The notes beneath the pieces were generated by a model, which had not been told where the DNA came from, did not search any database, and saw only the letters and a program-made list of their open reading frames with translations. Positions 8,369 to 12,537 of a DNA stretch of 12,537 bases are shown here, piece after piece (within the stretch, counting starts at the first letter, position 1; each line of letters begins with the position of its first letter). Origin of the DNA: a bacterium. Lineage in GTDB: Bacteria > RBG-13-61-14 > DATKZS01. The position numbers were made by a program, and so were the translations under genes. The DNA is taken from positions 1-12,537 of the forward strand of contig JAWOBU010000043.1 of NCBI GenBank assembly GCA_046484135.1. The letters are read 5' to 3'.

Positions 8369-9469
8369 ATGAAACCGCCGGGCGCCTTTGCCCGCCACGG
8401 TCCGGTTCTTTTTCTTTTCTTCCTCTGTATCCTTTTTATTGCCTGCGACAAGGAACCAGCCAGGCCGCCGCCCGAGACGGCCGAGGTGGAGCGCGGCTCG
8501 ATCGAGATCACGGTTTCCGCTCCGGGCAAGGTGGTTCCCGCTGACGTCCGGACCTTGAAGTCCCGGGCCGCGGGCGAAGTCGAGCGGCTTCTGGTGGCCG
8601 AGGGCGACACTGTAAAAAAAGGGGACCTGCTTATGCGGCTGGACCCCCAAGTCGAGGAGGCCCGCCTGTCCCGCGCCCGGGCGGAGCATAAGGCGGCCCG
8701 GGCTTCCGTTAAAAAGGCCCGCGTCCGTCTCGAGCAGGCCAAGGATGAGTTCGAGCGATCAAAAGAGCTTTACCAGGAAGGCATGGAAAGCGAGTCGGAG
8801 TTCCAAAGAAAGCGTCGTTCCCTCGAGATGGCCCGCTCGGAGCTCTTGGCAGCGGAAAGCCGGATGACGGCTGCGGCACAGGCGGTGAAGGAAGCCAAGA
8901 ACCGGCTTTCCTACACCCGGATCGTCTCGCCCATGACCGGCACCGTGCTTGATCTTTCAGCAAGACCCGGCCAGGTGGTGTCCTCCGGAACCACCGGGCT
9001 CGATACCGGGACCCCCCTTCTGACCATTGCCGACCTGTCCCGGCTCACCGTAAAAGCCAAGGTGGAAGAGACGGACGTGGCTTCCGTATCCTCAGGCCAG
9101 ACCGCCCGCATCGAGCTCGACACCTACCCCGGCACCAGCTTTCCGGGCCGGGTTATTGACATCGCGCCGGACGCAGTGGACCAGGGCGCCTTGACCGTGG
9201 TCGAGGTTGACATAGTAATCGAGGACCAGAAAGGCACGACCCTACGGCCGGGCATGAGCGCCACCGTGGAGATCATAACCGTAAAGCGCGAGGACGTTCT
9301 TCTGGTGCCCGTGTCCGCCATACACAGCCGGGGCGAGAAGAAGGGCGCGGTGGTTCTGAAGAACGGGGGCACGTCCTGGCAGCCGCTCCGGACCGGCGCG
9401 GGCGACTGGGAGAGGGTTGTCATAAAGGAGGGCCTGACCGCGGGCGACCGGGTGGTCCTGCCTCCTTGA
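8369..9469 (+). CDS. Efflux transporter periplasmic adaptor subunit (MacA/HlyD-like membrane fusion protein)
   Basis: Lipoyl half motifs GEVERLLVAEGDTVKKGDLL and TRIVSPMTGTV...GQVV flank an alpha-hairpin. Also TIADLSRL, VEETDV, LRPGMSATVEI, VLLVPVSAI, EGLTAGDRVV. N-terminal hydrophobic segment ends FIA-C. The start could be 8336 or 8369. Confidence 0.9.
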   Translation: MKPPGAFARHGPVLFLFFLCILFIACDKEPARPPPETAEVERGSIEITVSAPGKVVPADVRTLKSRAAGEVERLLVAEGDTVKKGDLLMRLDPQVEEARLSRARAEHKAARASVKKARVRLEQAKDEFERSKELYQEGMESESEFQRKRRSLEMARSELLAAESRMTAAAQAVKEAKNRLSYTRIVSPMTGTVLDLSARPGQVVSSGTTGLDTGTPLLTIADLSRLTVKAKVEETDVASVSSGQTARIELDTYPGTSFPGRVIDIAPDAVDQGALTVVEVDIVIEDQKGTTLRPGMSATVEIITVKREDVLLVPVSAIHSRGEKKGAVVLKNGGTSWQPLRTGAGDWERVVIKEGLTAGDRVVLPP

Positions 9470-9472
9470 TTC

Positions 9473-11749
9473 CTACTTCACGGCAAAGGTGTCCGTCCAT
9501 TCCGGCAGGTCAGGGGCCTTGTCCTTGGCCAGCATCTCTTGCCACTTCTCGTCCGTAAGACGGTCGTCCATGGGGTGCTTGAACTCGTAGTAAGAGTAGA
9601 CCGGTCCCGCGGCCACCCGGATGTTCCCCTCCGGATGCCGGTATGCCACCAGGAGCATCCGAAGGTTGCCGGTGGCCTCCTCCAGCACCTTCCCGCTGTT
9701 CTGGTCGGTGTGAACGTCAGCCACCAGGCTGGTCTTATGGGACTCGCTGTCAGCGCCGGTTACCGCGGCTTGCAGGCTCTCGCCGAACTCGTCTATGAAC
9801 TTCAAGTCGTCATCGCTCAGGCGCTGGTTCTCGAGCTCCTTCTTGGATATTTTAAGGAGCCGCCCGATGATTCGCTCGAGCGCCGAGAGACGGGAGCGGG
9901 ACACGTGATCGAGGACCTCCATCTCGCCCAGCCCCTTTTTCGTCATCCTGGTCAGGGCCAGAAGCCGGGCGTAAAACTCGGGCACCGGCTCCACGTAGCC
10001 TTCCGCGGGCACGGGCGGCATGGGAGGAGGGTCTGCGCTGGTTACCAGCTTGGGGGTGTAGCTTTGCTTTACGTAAAGGATGGTGTCGTGCCGGAGCGCA
10101 GCCCACGACCCGAGCGCAGCGTTCAGCTCCTTGTCCTTCCAGGCGTCGGTGGTCATGAAGGATGGATACCCTTTTCCGGGGACCGGGGTTACCAGGCTCT
10201 TCAGCGCGTAAAGCCATGACCAGTACATGTTCCGGTTCCACTCTTTGTCGGAGAGCCCGCTGAACTCCTGCCTGAGCTTCTCCATCTGGTTGTCGTAGTT
10301 CTTGTACTCGCTGTCGCCCAGCCGCTCGAGTACTTGAAGCGAGCGGTCCGATCCCAAGACCGCCATCACGTCCAGCCCGCGGGGGAAGCCGCGGGCCGGT
10401 CCCATCGGCGTTTTCACGGTGGTGAAGCTGGGCTCTCCGCGCTTTCCGGTTACCTCGGGTATAACGAGCTGGGAGAGGATGTAAGAGTCGGGCACGTACC
10501 GCTGTCCCAGAAACCTCATTCCCACGGTCTTGGCGAGTATGTCGTCCAGCTTGTCGGGAGAGATATCCTTTACATCAATGGTTGCGGCCCCGGTGCCGCT
10601 GTATATCTTGGGCGGCGCCATTTGTGCGATCCCGGTTTTGAGCTTTATCATGTTTTCTTTTTTTGCCAGTATGGCCGGGTCCATGCTGTCGCCGAAGAGG
10701 TCCCGCAAGGCGTGGCGGTAGTCCTGGGGCGTAAGGTCGTCGGCAAGCCCCACGTAATAAGCGGTAACCGAGTAAAGCCTGCTCCAGAGCTCCGCCGCGG
10801 TCTTGTCCTTGACCTTAAGCTCGGACATGAGCCCGGCAACGGTTGCCGCCAGTATGGTCTGGACCCTGGCTTCCTCCGGCGGCACCAGCGCGGGCATGCC
10901 CGCACCGTGCCCGTAGTTCTCGTCCCCTTTAAGCAACATCACCATCCGGCCGTACCACATCATGGCCTTGAAGTAGCGCTCGAGCTTCTCGCTCCGCGTG
11001 TAATGACCGCGCGGAACGTACTGGGAGTAGTCCTCCGGGTAGGAGAAGACCGAGTTGTCCTCGGCCTCGGCAAAGGCAGGGAATCCCTGGTGCGCCTCGA
11101 TATGCTCGAGCTCCCACTTTACGGTGTCGCGGACCTCGGGCGGGACGTCCGCCTCCGGGTCCAGGAGCTTCAAGGCCACGCTGAAAAAAGCAAGGCCCTT
11201 GCGAGTAGCTTTCTTTGCAAGGCCGCTGCTGTTTTTGAAGCGGTCCTGCATCTCGTCGCGGAAAGCGCGGGAGAGGCCCAGGAGGTCGTCATAAAACTCC
11301 TTTTCTTCGATGTGCCGGAGGGTCTCGTCGAACTGGATGTGATACAGGTGAAGAAGCGAGTCAGAGGTTACGAACACGGGTATGTCGTTCCGGTCGAGAA
11401 GTTTATAGAACTTGACCACGTCGTCCTTTCCGCTGTAGGGCATGCTCACGATGCCTTTTTGCAGAAGCATGCTCCAGGCCTCGTCCCCTGCGTGGACCTT
11501 TTGTTTTATCTTGCGGTTTTTGATGTCCTCGCTTTTCAAGGGCAGCGAGTAGGAAGGCACCGAAGGCTCGATCTCGTAGTCCGCCGGCTGGTAGAACTTC
11601 CCGAACCGGGCGGCAAGGTCTTCTTCGTGGAAGACCTGGTGCAAGGAAACCGGGTTCGGGTTGTCCTTATCTGACGCGGCCGAGAGCAGAAAGCCGCATG
11701 CGGCGACAAGGGCAAAGCTTATAAACAATGCACTAAACCGGTGTCTCAT
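9473..11749 (-). CDS. DUF3160 domain-containing exported protein
   Basis: 758 aa with signal peptide and SD AAAGGAG. Motifs I recognise as DUF3160: FVTSDSLLHLYH, DYSQYVPRGHYT, YFKAMMWYGR, RFLGQRYVPDS, LGSWAALRHDTILYVKQSY, GYVEP, ADVHTD, GPVYSYYEF, RLTDEKW. Confidence 0.85.
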   Translation of the reverse strand: MRHRFSALFISFALVAACGFLLSAASDKDNPNPVSLHQVFHEEDLAARFGKFYQPADYEIEPSVPSYSLPLKSEDIKNRKIKQKVHAGDEAWSMLLQKGIVSMPYSGKDDVVKFYKLLDRNDIPVFVTSDSLLHLYHIQFDETLRHIEEKEFYDDLLGLSRAFRDEMQDRFKNSSGLAKKATRKGLAFFSVALKLLDPEADVPPEVRDTVKWELEHIEAHQGFPAFAEAEDNSVFSYPEDYSQYVPRGHYTRSEKLERYFKAMMWYGRMVMLLKGDENYGHGAGMPALVPPEEARVQTILAATVAGLMSELKVKDKTAAELWSRLYSVTAYYVGLADDLTPQDYRHALRDLFGDSMDPAILAKKENMIKLKTGIAQMAPPKIYSGTGAATIDVKDISPDKLDDILAKTVGMRFLGQRYVPDSYILSQLVIPEVTGKRGEPSFTTVKTPMGPARGFPRGLDVMAVLGSDRSLQVLERLGDSEYKNYDNQMEKLRQEFSGLSDKEWNRNMYWSWLYALKSLVTPVPGKGYPSFMTTDAWKDKELNAALGSWAALRHDTILYVKQSYTPKLVTSADPPPMPPVPAEGYVEPVPEFYARLLALTRMTKKGLGEMEVLDHVSRSRLSALERIIGRLLKISKKELENQRLSDDDLKFIDEFGESLQAAVTGADSESHKTSLVADVHTDQNSGKVLEEATGNLRMLLVAYRHPEGNIRVAAGPVYSYYEFKHPMDDRLTDEKWQEMLAKDKAPDLPEWTDTFAVK

Positions 11750-11900
11750 TTTCGGCTCCTTTCCGTGGCTTTTGGCGGGCCTGGTTATATAGACATGAAC
11801 GTTTGTTAAGCCGGAAGGTTTGAGGATGGTTCAGGAAAATCTGTGTTCTCGAGGGAATCGTATGATGTAGTAACGTATCACATTAAAATTTATAAATTGC

Positions 11901-11938
11901 GTGCGAGCGACTTTAGTCGCGAGTAAACTCGCTCGCAC
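11901..11938. repeat. Compact nested palindrome, REP-like doublet
   Basis: GTGCGAGCGA (11901-11910) / TCGCTCGCAC (11929-11938) is a perfect inverted repeat. It also contains two overlapping mini-hairpins, GCGACT-TT-AGTCGC (11907-11920) and GCGAGT-AA-ACTCGC (11919-11932). Confidence 0.6.
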
Positions 11939-12013
11939 AAAACACTGTTTTCTGTGACCGACAAAAACAATTGTGAGCAAATAGTAGGAGCGCCTTTCTT
12001 GCGTTCAAAAAAA

Positions 12014-12088
12014 TGGAGGCGGCAACCGGATTCGAACCGGTGTATAGCGGTTTTGCAGACCGCCGCCTTACCACTTGGCTATGCCGCC
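12014..12088 (-). tRNA. tRNA-Cys(GCA)
   Basis: Minus strand GGCGGCA TA GCCAAGTGGTAAGGC G GCGGT CT-GCA-AA ACCGC TATAC ACCGG TTCGAAT CCGGT TGCCGCC TCCA. Full cloverleaf, GCA anticodon, U73, encoded CCA, 75 nt. Confidence 0.97.
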
Positions 12089-12535
12089 CCACAAAATGGA
12101 GCAGGAGACGGGATTCGAACCCGCCGCATGGTCTCCATAAGCCCTTGTTATCGCTTCACTTTCCATCCCGGCCGCTTGCTGTTTCGGGTATGTTATGGAA
12201 TCAGGCCCGGAAAATACCATGATGGAAAGGGCCTCCGTGGTGGAGTCGAGCCTGTCTTGTCTTGCCCTTCCGTACACATTAGCCGTAAGGTTCGGGCTTG
12301 AATGCCGGGCCAAGGTTTGGCAGGTTTTCAGGTCGGCCCCCGATTCAAAAAGCATGGACACGTAAGCGGTGCGGAGGGCGTGGAAGTCCACCTTCCCCTC
12401 GGGGGTCCACTTTTTAATGTCCGCCGCCTTTAAGTCCTTTGCAAGATAGAAGCTCTCATGCCTCTTAAGGTCTTTCAGGAGCGGGGCGTCCGGGGCCTTG
12501 TCCGCCGCCTCCGCCCGGAGCCGCTCCCATAGAAT
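12068..12535 (-). CDS. Tyrosine recombinase/integrase, C-terminal portion (5' end outside the window)
   Basis: The frame of ORF 12068..12391 stays open to the right edge: ...ILWERLRAEAADKAPDAPLLKDLKRHESFYLAKDLKAADIKKWTPEGKVDFHALRTAYVSMLFESGADLKTCQTLARHSSPNLTANVY... It carries HxxR (HALR), the second His (ARH) and the catalytic Tyr (NVY). Confidence 0.92.
   Translation of the reverse strand: MLWERLRAEAADKAPDAPLLKDLKRHESFYLAKDLKAADIKKWTPEGKVDFHALRTAYVSMLFESGADLKTCQTLARHSSPNLTANVYGRARQDRLDSTTEALSIMVFSGPDSITYPKQQAAGMESEAITRAYGDHAAGSNPVSCSILWGGIAKW
12097..12124 (-). mobile_element. tRNA 3' fragment (tRNA-Gly-like T-arm, acceptor strand and CCA); probable attR core of an integrated element
   Basis: Minus strand GCGGG-TTCGAAT-CCCGT-CTCCTGC-TCCA. 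There is no D-arm, anticodon arm or 5' acceptor strand upstream. It sits 8 nt before tRNA-Cys and directly follows integrase sequence. The ...GC-U-CCA end and position before tRNA-Cys fit tRNA-Gly. Confidence 0.85.
12138..12150 (-). promoter_or_regulatory. IHF-like binding site flanking the att core
   Basis: Minus strand TAACAA-GGGC-TTA versus consensus WATCAANNNNTTR (one mismatch), 13 nt from the core on the element side. Confidence 0.45.
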
Positions 12536-12537
12536 AG

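Noticed and set aside
9539..11674. Plus-strand ORFs of 226 aa and 446 aa
   Set aside because: Antisense shadows of the DUF3160 gene caused by codon bias.
11797..11808. GAACGTTTGTTA resembling a GAAC-N4-GTTC LexA box upstream of DUF3160
   Set aside because: It is an imperfect single match, the host LexA motif is unknown, and the downstream gene has no SOS link.
12097..12175. Second complete tRNA upstream of tRNA-Cys
   Set aside because: Only the T-arm and 3' acceptor strand are present. There is no GCAGGAG 5' strand, D-arm or anticodon arm upstream; that sequence is integrase coding.
12013..12222. Plus-strand ORFs MEAATGFEP... (12013..12222) and 11954..12301
   Set aside because: These are antisense readings of tRNA-Cys, the tRNA fragment and the integrase. 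GFEP/DSNP-type peptides are typical tRNA shadow translations.

Overview
GC-rich bacterial chromosomal window (taxon not determinable; the gene content looks Gram-negative). It holds mostly envelope and metabolic genes and ends at the edge of an integrated element. Left to right on the minus strand: the 5' end of a probable GIY-YIG nuclease gene missing from the ORF track (1-128), a large MscS/MscK-like channel, a CaiB/BaiF (class III) CoA-transferase/racemase, a stand-alone receiver-domain protein and a YdcF/DUF218 lipoprotein. An intergenic inverted pair of REP-like palindromes follows (5355-5506). On the plus strand come a GT-C-like polytopic glycosyltransferase, a LolA-like protein and a MacA-like periplasmic adaptor with no adjacent transporter. 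A convergent DUF3160 gene, a second compact REP-like palindrome and tRNA-Cys(GCA) follow. The most notable feature is at the right end. A tyrosine integrase reading frame runs without a stop through an IHF-like site and a 28-nt tRNA-Gly-like 3' fragment (probable att core), and ends 21 nt inside tRNA-Cys. This implies attP lies inside the integrase gene, so integration and excision would swap the integrase C-terminal tail, and the element would split a tRNA-Gly/tRNA-Cys pair. All family calls come from motif recognition, not database searches.
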